Part shown: piece by piece, positions 27,415 to 37,011 of the stretch
Position numbering within the stretch: position 1 is the stretch's first letter
Layout: each line of letters begins with the position of its first letter
From: Eubacteriales bacterium
GTDB taxonomy: Bacteria; Bacillota; Clostridia; Oscillospirales; CAG-272
DNA length: 64,000 nt
Reading direction: 5' to 3'
Assembly: GCA_045531965.1 (NCBI GenBank)
Contig: JAZSFA010000071.1
Coordinates: forward strand, 2,315-66,314
Notes under the pieces: generated by a model
What the model saw: only the letters and a program-made list of their open reading frames with translations
Told to the model about the DNA's origin: nothing
Database searches by the model: none
Made by a program: the position numbers and the translations under genes

Positions 27415-28647
27415 ATGAGTTGGTTCGTTATAGCCTTTCTCCTGGCGTTTACCATGGTGTACTTTCTGCAAAGAAAGCGTTGGCGTGCTGTCGTGGAGAA
27501 CGAGCTTTCTTACCGATTTGAATTCAGCACGGATGAAGTGTTTGCGGGAGAATATTTGTATCTTGATCAGGTTGTGATCAACAACAGCGACCGCTCCATT
27601 TCCTTTTTGAAGATGGAAACCCTGCTTCCCGAGGGGCTCAAAGTGGTATTGGCTGCCGAGGATGGAAAAGGAAGGGATGAAACCGTGCAATCGGTGCAGA
27701 GCGTGTTTCTTCTGCCACCTCATGGACAGGTCTCCCGCCGCTGGCGTATTGTCGCGGAGGTGCGCGGGCATTATACCGCACAAACCGTGCAGATGCACGT
27801 TATTTCCCATGATGCCATCGGTATGAGTACCTATTCCATGCGAATGCAACCCGAGGCATCGGTGAAAGACCGCTTGACCGTGTTGCCCATCGCCGCTGAA
27901 TGGTTGACACAAATGGCACTGTCTCCCTCCTTTGCGGGAGAGCGTACGACTTCAAAGGGACTGGTACAGGATCCCATGTCCATCTGCGGCGTTCGCGAGT
28001 ATGAGCCGTTTGATCCCCTCAATACGGTAGACTGGAAACAGACCGCCCGACTGGGACGCATGATGGTCAAAAAGCTGGAAGTCCAGCAGAACGATAGTTA
28101 CCATATCGTTTTGAATATGCAATCTGTCATTATTGAACCTGAGTTTCCTGAGATCAGCGCGCCTGCCTATGTGGAAAACTGTATTTCTTTGTGTGCCTCT
28201 CTTTTGGATAGCGCCATTCGCCGAAATATTCCTGTCCGCCTCATGGCGAACACCGAGCCTTGCGAGCTTTTGGGCGGCGGGCGTGTTCATGACGGGCCGC
28301 TCGGCTGTCATATCTTTGCCAGCGAGCAGTTTACCGATAAAAGCTCTGTCATGGAAGCTTACCGCATTCTTGCCAAACTGCCGATGAAGCTATCCCTTCC
28401 TACCGAGCGACTTCTTGAGGACATTATGGAGAATCCCTATCTGTATTCGCAGGGAGGTAATATCGTGTTTGTTACGCCTTTTGTGGATCAGCGCATGGTC
28501 AATTTTCATCGAGCCATGGCAGATCAGGGGGTCAACGTGATCTTCTACGTGATGACATCTTATCAGAACGCGTTAACTCTGCCGCCCGAGATGGAAGCCT
28601 ACTTCCGCTACAGTCATTGGAAGGGAGGTGTTGGATATGCGTCGTAA
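27415..28647 (+). CDS. DUF58 domain protein
   Basis: GVREY.P.DPL..VDWKQTAR motif; follows moxR. Confidence 0.9.
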   Translation: MSWFVIAFLLAFTMVYFLQRKRWRAVVENELSYRFEFSTDEVFAGEYLYLDQVVINNSDRSISFLKMETLLPEGLKVVLAAEDGKGRDETVQSVQSVFLLPPHGQVSRRWRIVAEVRGHYTAQTVQMHVISHDAIGMSTYSMRMQPEASVKDRLTVLPIAAEWLTQMALSPSFAGERTTSKGLVQDPMSICGVREYEPFDPLNTVDWKQTARLGRMMVKKLEVQQNDSYHIVLNMQSVIIEPEFPEISAPAYVENCISLCASLLDSAIRRNIPVRLMANTEPCELLGGGRVHDGPLGCHIFASEQFTDKSSVMEAYRILAKLPMKLSLPTERLLEDIMENPYLYSQGGNIVFVTPFVDQRMVNFHRAMADQGVNVIFYVMTSYQNALTLPPEMEAYFRYSHWKGGVGYAS

Positions 28648-30133
28648 AGGTGTTGCGCCGGCCCGATTGAAAAAGCCATCGCCTGCTAAGATGACAGGCT
28701 CTGTCAGATCGCGGATTACGGGACATAAACATATGCCCGCCACCGAAAAATGGCGGCGCCGTTGGCTGAAGCTCTACAAATTTCTTGCCTGCGTGGCGTT
28801 TTGCGCCATTATTATGCCTTATTTTGAAATTCTCGTGTCGATAGGCGCGGGACCGTACGCTACGGCTTTTACTTGGATCGCCTCCGCCCTGCTGTTTGCC
28901 GTAGGTTACGGGATTCATAAGGGAATTCGGTTTCTCTTTACCAAGGGCGATGAGGAGGAATTCAGCTTTTCCTTCGAAACTAAATGGCAGTTTTCGCCGC
29001 CCGCGATCATGATCCCTTCTCTTATTTTGGGGGCGGTGGCAGCCATTGCTTTCAGCTTTGTTTCGGGACAGATATTGGAAACGTTGCTCTATCCTTACTA
29101 TAATGCCGAAGTGGGCTTCCCACTCATGATGATTGCCTGTGTTGTTGCTTCGGTTCTTGGCAATCTTTTGGTTCCCTTCCAGTTCCATCAGCTCTGTTCT
29201 CTGAGAACATTGATCGAATGTTTGTTTGCTCTGGGTGTACCTTTTGGTATTGCTACTTGGTGGGGAAACGGCGTCAACGGACTATTTGTTGCGTGTGTGC
29301 TGGTCTATGCCCTGTGCCTGTTCGTGCTAATGAACCAAGAATATGTGATCAAGCCCTCTTATAGTTCCAAGACCTGCTATGCTACCAAAGAATTGCGCCT
29401 TTACGGTATGGGGAGAGCGGTAGGTTTGTGGCTGACGACGCTGCTGACTGCGATGGTTCTCCTCAGTCTTTTGGCGGTTTTGGTGATCCCTCTCCGCTTT
29501 TTCCTGACGCCAGATATGAGCTTGGTGTTGGATTTTCCTATCAAAGGTCTGCCCGGTTTGAATCTTATGCTGTTTTTTACGGGGCTTATCATCATCCCTG
29601 TACTGTCGGTGATGGGTATCCTGCGGTTTGTTCGTCCTCGCGGCTTGAAATACTGGGAGAAGATCATCGGGGAGCTTTTCAGAAAAATCATGGGCTTTTT
29701 CCTTCGCTTGCGCTTTTTCAAGAAAAAAGGAGCGGATGCTGATCTGGATTTCCGAGAAGTGGTAGGGGAGCGTCCAAAAAAGCAACACTACGTTGATACG
29801 GTGAGGGAACAAAAAACGGAGAGTACCGTCTTGCCGCGAGGCTACCGCGCGTTTCAGCGGCACATGAAAACGCTATCGGATATAAACGAACGTTATCGCT
29901 TTGCCTATGAGGTGCTGATCACAGAACTGTATGACGCGCACATTGGTATCGCCAAACATCAGACCCCCTTGGAAATGGCAGACGTAATCCGCCGCAAGAC
30001 CAATATCACCGAGATGGATCACTTGACAGCGACCTTTGCCAAGGTAACGTATGCTAAAGATGGCAAAGCGTCTCAAGGAGAATTGGATGTGATCTGTCGT
30101 ATACTTGAGGATCGATGGGGACGGCAGGGTTAA
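28637..30133 (+). CDS. Multi-pass membrane protein, probable C-terminal DUF4129-like domain
   Basis: Many TMs; TPLE...LT..F.KV.Y C-terminus; third gene of a moxR-DUF58 operon. Confidence 0.7.
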   Translation: MRRKGVAPARLKKPSPAKMTGSVRSRITGHKHMPATEKWRRRWLKLYKFLACVAFCAIIMPYFEILVSIGAGPYATAFTWIASALLFAVGYGIHKGIRFLFTKGDEEEFSFSFETKWQFSPPAIMIPSLILGAVAAIAFSFVSGQILETLLYPYYNAEVGFPLMMIACVVASVLGNLLVPFQFHQLCSLRTLIECLFALGVPFGIATWWGNGVNGLFVACVLVYALCLFVLMNQEYVIKPSYSSKTCYATKELRLYGMGRAVGLWLTTLLTAMVLLSLLAVLVIPLRFFLTPDMSLVLDFPIKGLPGLNLMLFFTGLIIIPVLSVMGILRFVRPRGLKYWEKIIGELFRKIMGFFLRLRFFKKKGADADLDFREVVGERPKKQHYVDTVREQKTESTVLPRGYRAFQRHMKTLSDINERYRFAYEVLITELYDAHIGIAKHQTPLEMADVIRRKTNITEMDHLTATFAKVTYAKDGKASQGELDVICRILEDRWGRQG

Positions 30134-30248
30134 GTTAACAAACGGTTCATGAACCGTTTGTTAATACTCCACATGTTGGTGGTATAATATACCCAAACCG
30201 CACGTTGATTCTGTCAACGACGCGATCAATCGCAAAGGAGAGATAACC

Positions 30249-31706
30249 ATGAAAAAAGTTTTTGTAGCAATTTTGGTTTTGTCGATGCTTTTGTCTTTGG
30301 CAATGGTGGGTACTTCCGCTCTGTCTTCCAACGTGGATGCTTCTACCTGGTCTACTGTGGAGCTTAAAGCGTTGTACGTTCAGTCCGGGTTGGATATCTA
30401 CTCGGATCTTGATGACGATTATTTCGAGTATTGGTGGGAGGATGAAGTGCCCGAGTCTGATGGCGACTGGCTTCAGGCTTGTACCATCAATATGCGTGGC
30501 TTTGCCATGTCCACCGACGGTCGCTATCTGTACATGGGTACCCTGAACGGCGGTACCGGTATCCGCGGCGTCGTGGTTTTCGACACACAGAAGTGTGTGG
30601 TCACCGATCTTTACTATCACTATGACGGCGAGGAAGCCGGTCTGCCCGGTTCTCCCTACTCTTATGCCAAGGGTATCGCTGCCGATGATCGCGGCTATGT
30701 GTACGTAGGCTTTGCTTTCTCCCAAAACTACAACCTCGTTAACCTTGGTATTGCCAAGCAGCTGGAGGACGGTACGCTGGAGGAGGTCGCGCTGGAGGCA
30801 GCCTATGAGTTTGGCGATCCCGGCGACCAGGGCGGCATCCACGTGGGTGTCAATGGTGTTGACGTGGTCAAGCTTGGCGACAACTACTACTGCTATGTGA
30901 TGGTCAACTATGATTACGATGCGCTCTACTGTTTTGACGTGACCGATCCCGCCAACCCCAAGTTGAACAAGGATTTCGGCGATAACGGTCTCATTAACTT
31001 CAGCGACGACGCTAACCCCGTCAAGGCTGACGGCTTTACCCTCAAGGAGGGTCAATATATGGACGTTGACGATGACGGTACCATTTGGTTGGTGGTCAAT
31101 GCCAACGAAGGTAAGGACGGCATTATGAAGATCGCACCCGACGGCTCTGCTTGTGCCGATGTCGTTGAGCTTTCCGGCGTATACTCTGTGGAGCATGAAG
31201 GCGGTTTCCTTCTGTGCGGTCTCAAGAGCGGTGCCTCTGTGGAGGTGTTGGATGATGCGTCCTATGAGAAGCTGGCATCCATTCCTCTGACTGCCGAGTA
31301 TGGCGACCGTGTTGTACGTATGCTCGTGATCAACGACGTGCTGTTCGTCGCCGATGCCGGTTCGGATACCACCAACTTTAACGCGGTCCATGCGGGGGCG
31401 CTATCCGCTGATGGTCAGGCATTCTTGGATTCTTTGGTAGAGAATATGGCAAAGTGGGGCGAGGAAGCCACCGAAGCGCCTACCGAGGAAGCTACCGAAG
31501 CACCTGTGGATGCAACTGAAGCTCCCGTGGATGAAACAAAGACTCCTGCAGATGAGACCGAAGCGCCCACGGATGCTGCTACCAAGGCGCCCTCCAACGA
31601 GGTCACCGAGCCCGCTGTTGAGAAAGGTTGCTCTTCTGTGATGGGTGCAAGTGCCGCGCTGATCATGATGGCTGTGGCAGCTGCCTTCATTCGCAAGAAG
31701 GACTGA
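30249..31706 (+). CDS. Secreted acidic beta-propeller-like protein with TEAP linker and C-terminal Cys-TM-basic tail
   Basis: Signal peptide; STDGRYLY, GIAADDRGYVYV blades; ends KGCSSVMGASAALIMMAVAAAFIRKKD. Confidence 0.8.
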   Translation: MKKVFVAILVLSMLLSLAMVGTSALSSNVDASTWSTVELKALYVQSGLDIYSDLDDDYFEYWWEDEVPESDGDWLQACTINMRGFAMSTDGRYLYMGTLNGGTGIRGVVVFDTQKCVVTDLYYHYDGEEAGLPGSPYSYAKGIAADDRGYVYVGFAFSQNYNLVNLGIAKQLEDGTLEEVALEAAYEFGDPGDQGGIHVGVNGVDVVKLGDNYYCYVMVNYDYDALYCFDVTDPANPKLNKDFGDNGLINFSDDANPVKADGFTLKEGQYMDVDDDGTIWLVVNANEGKDGIMKIAPDGSACADVVELSGVYSVEHEGGFLLCGLKSGASVEVLDDASYEKLASIPLTAEYGDRVVRMLVINDVLFVADAGSDTTNFNAVHAGALSADGQAFLDSLVENMAKWGEEATEAPTEEATEAPVDATEAPVDETKTPADETEAPTDAATKAPSNEVTEPAVEKGCSSVMGASAALIMMAVAAAFIRKKD

Positions 31707-31737
31707 TTTTTGCTTGCCAAATGTTGCATAATTATTC

Positions 31738-31776
31738 AAAACGGCGTGGAAATCTTCGGGTTTCCACGCCGTTTTT
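31738..31776 (+). terminator. Intrinsic terminator
   Basis: AAAACGGCGTGGAAA/TTTCCACGCCGTTTT stem with TTCG-containing loop. Confidence 0.85.
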
Positions 31777-31878
31777 ATCGAAAAATAAAAAAATATTTAA
31801 TTCGTGTTCATAATCATGCTGTATAATGAACGATATCTATGATTGGCATGACGATTTCTCGTTCGAAAGGAACGGTAT

Positions 31879-32736
31879 ATGTATAACAAAAAACTATTTC
31901 TTGATATGGATCTTTATAGCCTTCTCATGCTGGTAGGCGTGTTGGCTTGCCTGATCTTCATCCGCGTTCTTTCGGATCGCAGGAAGATGCGGGCTACTTG
32001 GCAGAACCTGGTGCTGTTCAATGCCGTGTTTGCTGTGCTTTTGGGATATGGTGGTGCCGTTTTGTTCCAAGCGTTTTATAATTTCATGGACACAGGTGTG
32101 TTCGAGATTGTGGAAAACACAGGTGCTACCTTCTATGGCGGGCTTATCGGCGGCACCGCGATGTTCATCATCATTTATTTTGTCGCCGGACATTTCTTGT
32201 TTAAAGACGGATATCACAAAACGCATTTTCGGGCTGTTTCGGATTTGGCTGTGCCTTGCATCACGGTAGCGCACGGCTTTGGACGCCTCGGCTGTCTGAT
32301 GGCGGGGTGCTGTCATGGCGCGCGCACAGATGCCTGGTACGGTGTGGCTATGGACATCCCCGATGACGGCACACACGAGCTGGTCAAGGTCATTCCCGTG
32401 CAGCTGTACGAGGCGATCTTTCTGCTCGCGTTAGCAGTCCTGACCTTCATGCTCTTTATGAAAGGGAAGAAGTATCTCATGCCTGCCTATATGGTTTCTT
32501 ATGGCATTTGGCGATTCATTGCCGAGTATCTCCGCGCGGATGACCGCGGTGCCACGGTGGTGGACTTCCTGTCACCCTCCCAGCTGATCTCGGTGCTTTT
32601 GATCTCGGGTGGCTTTGTTCTGCTTGCCATCGAGCTTTATTTGGATCATAAAAAAGCAAAGACCCTTCCTGTGCCTGCCGATAAATCCGAGGAAGACGCG
32701 CCGTCGGATGACGTGGCAGAAGAGACCGAGGTGTGA
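31879..32736 (+). CDS. lgt: Prolipoprotein diacylglyceryl transferase family protein
   Basis: FYGGLIGG, GRLGCLMAGCCHG, PVQLYE, RFIAEYLR motifs. Confidence 0.9.
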   Translation: MYNKKLFLDMDLYSLLMLVGVLACLIFIRVLSDRRKMRATWQNLVLFNAVFAVLLGYGGAVLFQAFYNFMDTGVFEIVENTGATFYGGLIGGTAMFIIIYFVAGHFLFKDGYHKTHFRAVSDLAVPCITVAHGFGRLGCLMAGCCHGARTDAWYGVAMDIPDDGTHELVKVIPVQLYEAIFLLALAVLTFMLFMKGKKYLMPAYMVSYGIWRFIAEYLRADDRGATVVDFLSPSQLISVLLISGGFVLLAIELYLDHKKAKTLPVPADKSEEDAPSDDVAEETEV

Positions 32737-32737
32737 T

Positions 32738-33589
32738 ATGCGGGATCCCATGTCTTCACCCGCATCCTCTCCCGATCCGACCACAACGGCTCCAAAACGG
32801 GACGTTCCCCGTTTGGTGGCAACCGCACTGACCTTTGTGGGTGTTGGTGTTTTGCTGTATTTTGAGGTGTTCAAGCCTGTTTTATCGGAAGATCCGACGC
32901 TGCAACGGCTATACACCATGACAGCCACCCGCGGCGTTGGTGCTGTCGTGTTTCTGGCGATTCTGCTCTCTATGGGATACCGCGTAATGAACCCGGTACG
33001 AAAACCTTTTGGGAAGGCTTTGCTGTTTTGTATCCCCGCGTTTATGGTGGTGGTGAACAATATGCCGATTTTGTCCATGATCAGCGGAGACGCGTACTTC
33101 GTTCATAGCGAACCTTGGTATCTGCTTTGGTTTGGACTGGAGTGCCTTGCCATTGGACTTTTTGAAGAAACCGCTTTTCGCGGCGTTGCGTTGCTGCTCA
33201 TTGCCGAAAAGAGGCGCGACACCAAAAAGGGGCTTTTCATGAGTATTGTGCTGTCGTCGGCGGTGTTTGGTATCATCCATCTCGCCAATATTCTGGCAGG
33301 TGCCTCTCCCGGTGCTGTGTTCCTCCAGATCGGCTATTCCTTCTTGATTGGCGCGATGTGTTCGGTGGTGCTGTTCAAGACCGCCAACATCTGGCTTTGT
33401 GTGATTTTGCACGCGGTTTATGATTTCAGCGGCAATCTGATGCCAACGTTGGGAGCCGGATCTTGGTGGGACGCGCCTACAGTGATCATTACCGCCGTGT
33501 TGGCGGTGGCAACCACGGCGTTCTACGTGATCATGTTTATTAAAATGGATCCCAAGGAAACCGAACGCTTGTATCGGTCAAATGAGTAA
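32738..33589 (+). CDS. CPBP (CAAX/Abi) family intramembrane protease
   Basis: EETAFRG, FGIIH, HAVYD motifs; starts 1 nt after the lgt stop. Confidence 0.9.
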   Translation: MRDPMSSPASSPDPTTTAPKRDVPRLVATALTFVGVGVLLYFEVFKPVLSEDPTLQRLYTMTATRGVGAVVFLAILLSMGYRVMNPVRKPFGKALLFCIPAFMVVVNNMPILSMISGDAYFVHSEPWYLLWFGLECLAIGLFEETAFRGVALLLIAEKRRDTKKGLFMSIVLSSAVFGIIHLANILAGASPGAVFLQIGYSFLIGAMCSVVLFKTANIWLCVILHAVYDFSGNLMPTLGAGSWWDAPTVIITAVLAVATTAFYVIMFIKMDPKETERLYRSNE

Positions 33590-33622
33590 GTATAAAATTT
33601 ATCATAAAAGAAAGGCTAACCC

Positions 33623-34933
33623 ATGGAAAATCGTTACTATCAACCCGAGTTCGAAACCATGCCTCTTGAGGAGATGCGAAAACTGCAGTCCGAGAAGCTG
33701 GTCAAGCAAGTCAAGCACGTCTATGACAATGTCCCTTATTACCGAGAACTAATGGATAAAAAGGGTGTGTCTCCCGATGACATCAAGGGAATTGAAGATC
33801 TGTACAAACTGCCGTTTATTACTAAGGATGATCTGCGCGATCAATATCCCAACGGATTTCTTGCTGTTCCTCAGTCTCAATGCGTGCGTATCCAGTCTAC
33901 TTCGGGTACGACGGGGCGCCGTGTGGTGGCATTCTATACCCAGCACGACGTTGATCTTTGGGAGGAATGCTGCGCTCGTGCGATTATGGCAGTGGGCGGG
34001 ACTAACGAAGACGTTTGTCAGGTCGCTTACGGTTACGGTTTATTCACAGGCGGTCCCGGTCTTAACGGCGGCTCTCATAAAGTGGGATGCCTGACGTTGC
34101 CCATGTCCTCGGGTAATACCGAGCGTCAGATCCAGTTCATGATGGATCTGGGTGCGACCATCCTTTGCTGCACCCCTTCCTACGCCGCTTATATCGGCGA
34201 GTCTTTGAAGGAGCGTGGCTATAAGCCCGAGGATAACAAGCTGAAGGCGGGTATTTTTGGTGCTGAGCCTTGGACGGAAGAGATGCGACGCGATATCGAA
34301 AAGTCCCTTGGTATCAAGGCATATGATATTTACGGTCTGACCGAGATCAGTGGTCCCGGCGTGTCCTTCGAATGCACCGCTCAGGCAGGTATGCATATCA
34401 ACGAGGACCACTTCCTCGCTGAGATCATTGATCCCGACACAGGCGAGGTTCTGCCCGAGGGCGAGAAGGGTGAGCTGGTTTTCACCTGCCTTGATAAGGA
34501 AGCCTTCCCCATGATGCGTTACCGTACCCGCGACATTTGCGTGCTGACCCGCGAAAAGTGTTCTTGCGGTCGTACCCTTGTCCGCATGAGAAAGCCCATG
34601 GGACGTTCCGATGATATGTTGATCATTCGCGGTGTCAACGTGTTCCCCTCCCAGATCGAGACGGTTCTCTTGCAGGAGGGCTACGCCCCTAACTACTTTA
34701 TCGAGGTGGATCGTGTGAACAATACCGACACGCTGGATATTTACGTTGAGTTGACAGAGGAACAGTTCTCGGACACCGTGAAAGCGGTGACCTCTGCCGA
34801 AAAGTCGCTGGCGAACGCCATTAAGACCATGCTGGGCATCAACCCCGCCGTCCATTTGGTGGCACCCAAGACCATTGCCCGTTCCGAGGGCAAGGCTGTC
34901 CGTGTCAAGGACAAGAGAAAGCTGCATGATTAA
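33623..34933 (+). CDS. paaK: Phenylacetate-CoA ligase
   Basis: STSGTTG, YGLFTGG, YGLTEISGPG, RYRTRD, GRSDDMLIIRGVNVFP. Confidence 0.95.
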   Translation: MENRYYQPEFETMPLEEMRKLQSEKLVKQVKHVYDNVPYYRELMDKKGVSPDDIKGIEDLYKLPFITKDDLRDQYPNGFLAVPQSQCVRIQSTSGTTGRRVVAFYTQHDVDLWEECCARAIMAVGGTNEDVCQVAYGYGLFTGGPGLNGGSHKVGCLTLPMSSGNTERQIQFMMDLGATILCCTPSYAAYIGESLKERGYKPEDNKLKAGIFGAEPWTEEMRRDIEKSLGIKAYDIYGLTEISGPGVSFECTAQAGMHINEDHFLAEIIDPDTGEVLPEGEKGELVFTCLDKEAFPMMRYRTRDICVLTREKCSCGRTLVRMRKPMGRSDDMLIIRGVNVFPSQIETVLLQEGYAPNYFIEVDRVNNTDTLDIYVELTEEQFSDTVKAVTSAEKSLANAIKTMLGINPAVHLVAPKTIARSEGKAVRVKDKRKLHD

Positions 34934-34950
34934 GGGGAGGGAGGAGTACA

Positions 34951-35000
34951 CAAGGGAAACTTTTGATAATCGTTCCCCTTGACCCCTCAAAACCTTTTAA
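34951..35000 (+). repeat. REP-like repeat copy (degenerate)
   Basis: CAAGGGAAACTTTTGATAATCGTTCCCCTTGACCCCTCAAAACCTTTT. Confidence 0.75.
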
Positions 35001-35112
35001 AAAAGAGCAAGGACACTCATTAAAAGATCAAAAGCTATAGGTTTAGCGAATCCGTAGAGGAAGGAATTGCTCCTCTCGACAAAAATCACTTCGACTGAAA
35101 GGAAATAATATC

Positions 35113-35550
35113 ATGGCAATCCGACAGATTTCCGTATTTGTACCCAACCAAAACGGCTCCCTTGAGAAATTGGTCAATATTCTGGCTGAGGCGCAGGTGG
35201 ATATGCGCGCCATGGCCATTGCCGATACGATGGAATTTGGCATACTTCGCATGATCGTGAAGGGTCACGACAAGGCTTGTGAAGCTCTCCGCGGAGCCGG
35301 GTATCTTGTATCCCAGAATGAGGTTACCGCCGTCGAGATCCCCGATCAGCCCGGCGGACTGGCTCGTGTAGTCAGCGTCCTGGCAAGCCACGGTGTCAAC
35401 ATTGAGTATACCTACGCCTTTATGACTCGCTCTCACGGTCACGCCTGCGTGGTGTTCCGTGTAGAGGACAACGAATTGGTGGAAAACATTTTGGCACAAA
35501 ACGATATCGTCTGCCTCAAGCATATTGGCAGTGACGAGACACCCTGGTAA
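35113..35550 (+). CDS. Tandem ACT domain protein (paaK-associated)
   Basis: QISVF..N..G.L, D.PGGLA, NIEYTYAF. Confidence 0.9.
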   Translation: MAIRQISVFVPNQNGSLEKLVNILAEAQVDMRAMAIADTMEFGILRMIVKGHDKACEALRGAGYLVSQNEVTAVEIPDQPGGLARVVSVLASHGVNIEYTYAFMTRSHGHACVVFRVEDNELVENILAQNDIVCLKHIGSDETPW

Positions 35551-35598
35551 TTTGATAAAGGAAACCGCTCTTTCACGGGGCGGTTTTCTCTCTTTACC

Positions 35599-35627
35599 TT
35601 GACAAATATCCCTGCCACGTGTATAAT
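35599..35627 (+). promoter_or_regulatory. Sigma-A promoter
   Basis: TTGACA-17 nt-TATAAT just after a terminator hairpin (35560-35594). Confidence 0.85.
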
Positions 35628-35660
35628 ATAGATACCAATATTTCTCAAAGGAGCGTTCCC

Positions 35661-36962
35661 ATGAAGTTGTCCCTAGCCACCACCTTTACCCAAAAACTGA
35701 CCTTGCCTCTGGAAAATACCCAAGCCGTAAAATTCAACCGATTCGTGCTGACTTATACCTCTTCTCACGCTTTGCGCGGAGTTATTGTTTATAAAGTGGA
35801 GGGAAGAGAAGTACAGGACCCCTTCTTCCTCGAGCCGGGTGAACATACTTTTTCTTGTGTGATCCTTGACTATTTGAAGGAAATCAACGCAGAATTCCCT
35901 TCCGCTTTGATCTTTGATGCCATCCCCGTGATGACAGGGGCGAATCCTGATACTTATGAAAGCCCCTCCGAAGTGACATTGACCGTGGATACGGTGGATT
36001 TTGAAGTCTATCCTGTTTATAATACCGCTGATAACACCTACTACATGGAGAATTGCCGCTACAAGCTGGGTATCCGCATGAATTGGGGTGGCGGCATCAA
36101 TTATATCGAGGACAATGAAAGCAAGCTCCCTGAGGTCAAGAACATCATCAATCAGTTCGACACGGGGCGACTTATCCAGCAGTCCTACTATGGCATCGGT
36201 GCCCATGGGGACTATCAGCCCGAGGTGTTCAACAACAGCCGTTGGGTCTATAACCCCGTGCAGGGCGGTGACCAGCATAACAACCACAGCCGCATCATTG
36301 ATATCGTGGTGAAGGAGCACGCCGTATACATCAAGTCCCAGCCCCAGGACTGGTCCATGAACGGGCGCATCACCCCCAGCTATATGGAGAATACCTATAC
36401 ACTGGATGGCGACTATATCCGCGTGGATAACCGCTTTACTGATTTTTCGGGTTGGCTTCATCCTTGTACCGCCCAGGAAGTCCCCGCCTTCTACACGGTA
36501 AGCTGCCTGGACAGATTTACTTGGTACGGCGGTATACATCCTTGGACGGGAGACGCGCTGTCAGTGCGGACAGACCTGAAATTCTGGGGCGACCCCAAGT
36601 ATGCGAGGGATTCCGCGTTCCACATTCGCGAGAGCAATACCGAGACCTGGTGTGCCTGGACCAACACCGATGCTGATTACGGCCTCGGTCTCTACGTCCC
36701 CAACACCGACTACTACACGGGCGGCCGCCATATGTACGATCATTCCCCTGACCCCATGAGTGCTTCCTGCAACTACGTCGCCCCCTTGGTGGCGGTGCAG
36801 ATCAAGCCCTTTACGCCTATTGAATATAGCTATCTCATGACGGCGGGCTCGGTTTCCGAGATCCGCGAAAGATTTACCAAGGCCAAGGATTTCGCCGACA
36901 ACGTATCCCTGAAGAACAACGGACGCTCCATGCGTGTCCCCGATGATTACCAAGAGCAGTAA
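35661..36962 (+). CDS. Hypothetical protein (aromatic-rich, beta-sheet; possibly carbohydrate-active)
   Basis: ORF with RBS; DTGRLIQQSYY and WVYNPVQGGD segments; no signal peptide. Confidence 0.7.
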   Translation: MKLSLATTFTQKLTLPLENTQAVKFNRFVLTYTSSHALRGVIVYKVEGREVQDPFFLEPGEHTFSCVILDYLKEINAEFPSALIFDAIPVMTGANPDTYESPSEVTLTVDTVDFEVYPVYNTADNTYYMENCRYKLGIRMNWGGGINYIEDNESKLPEVKNIINQFDTGRLIQQSYYGIGAHGDYQPEVFNNSRWVYNPVQGGDQHNNHSRIIDIVVKEHAVYIKSQPQDWSMNGRITPSYMENTYTLDGDYIRVDNRFTDFSGWLHPCTAQEVPAFYTVSCLDRFTWYGGIHPWTGDALSVRTDLKFWGDPKYARDSAFHIRESNTETWCAWTNTDADYGLGLYVPNTDYYTGGRHMYDHSPDPMSASCNYVAPLVAVQIKPFTPIEYSYLMTAGSVSEIRERFTKAKDFADNVSLKNNGRSMRVPDDYQEQ

Positions 36963-37011
36963 TATTTCCGGAAGTCGAGATTAAAAATTCATCCCCGAAA
37001 GGAGAAAAATC

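Noticed and set aside
31467..31615. TEAP-coding tandem repeats here and at about 54073-54150
   Set aside because: Ordinary low-complexity linkers with synonymous variation; not a DNA-level element.
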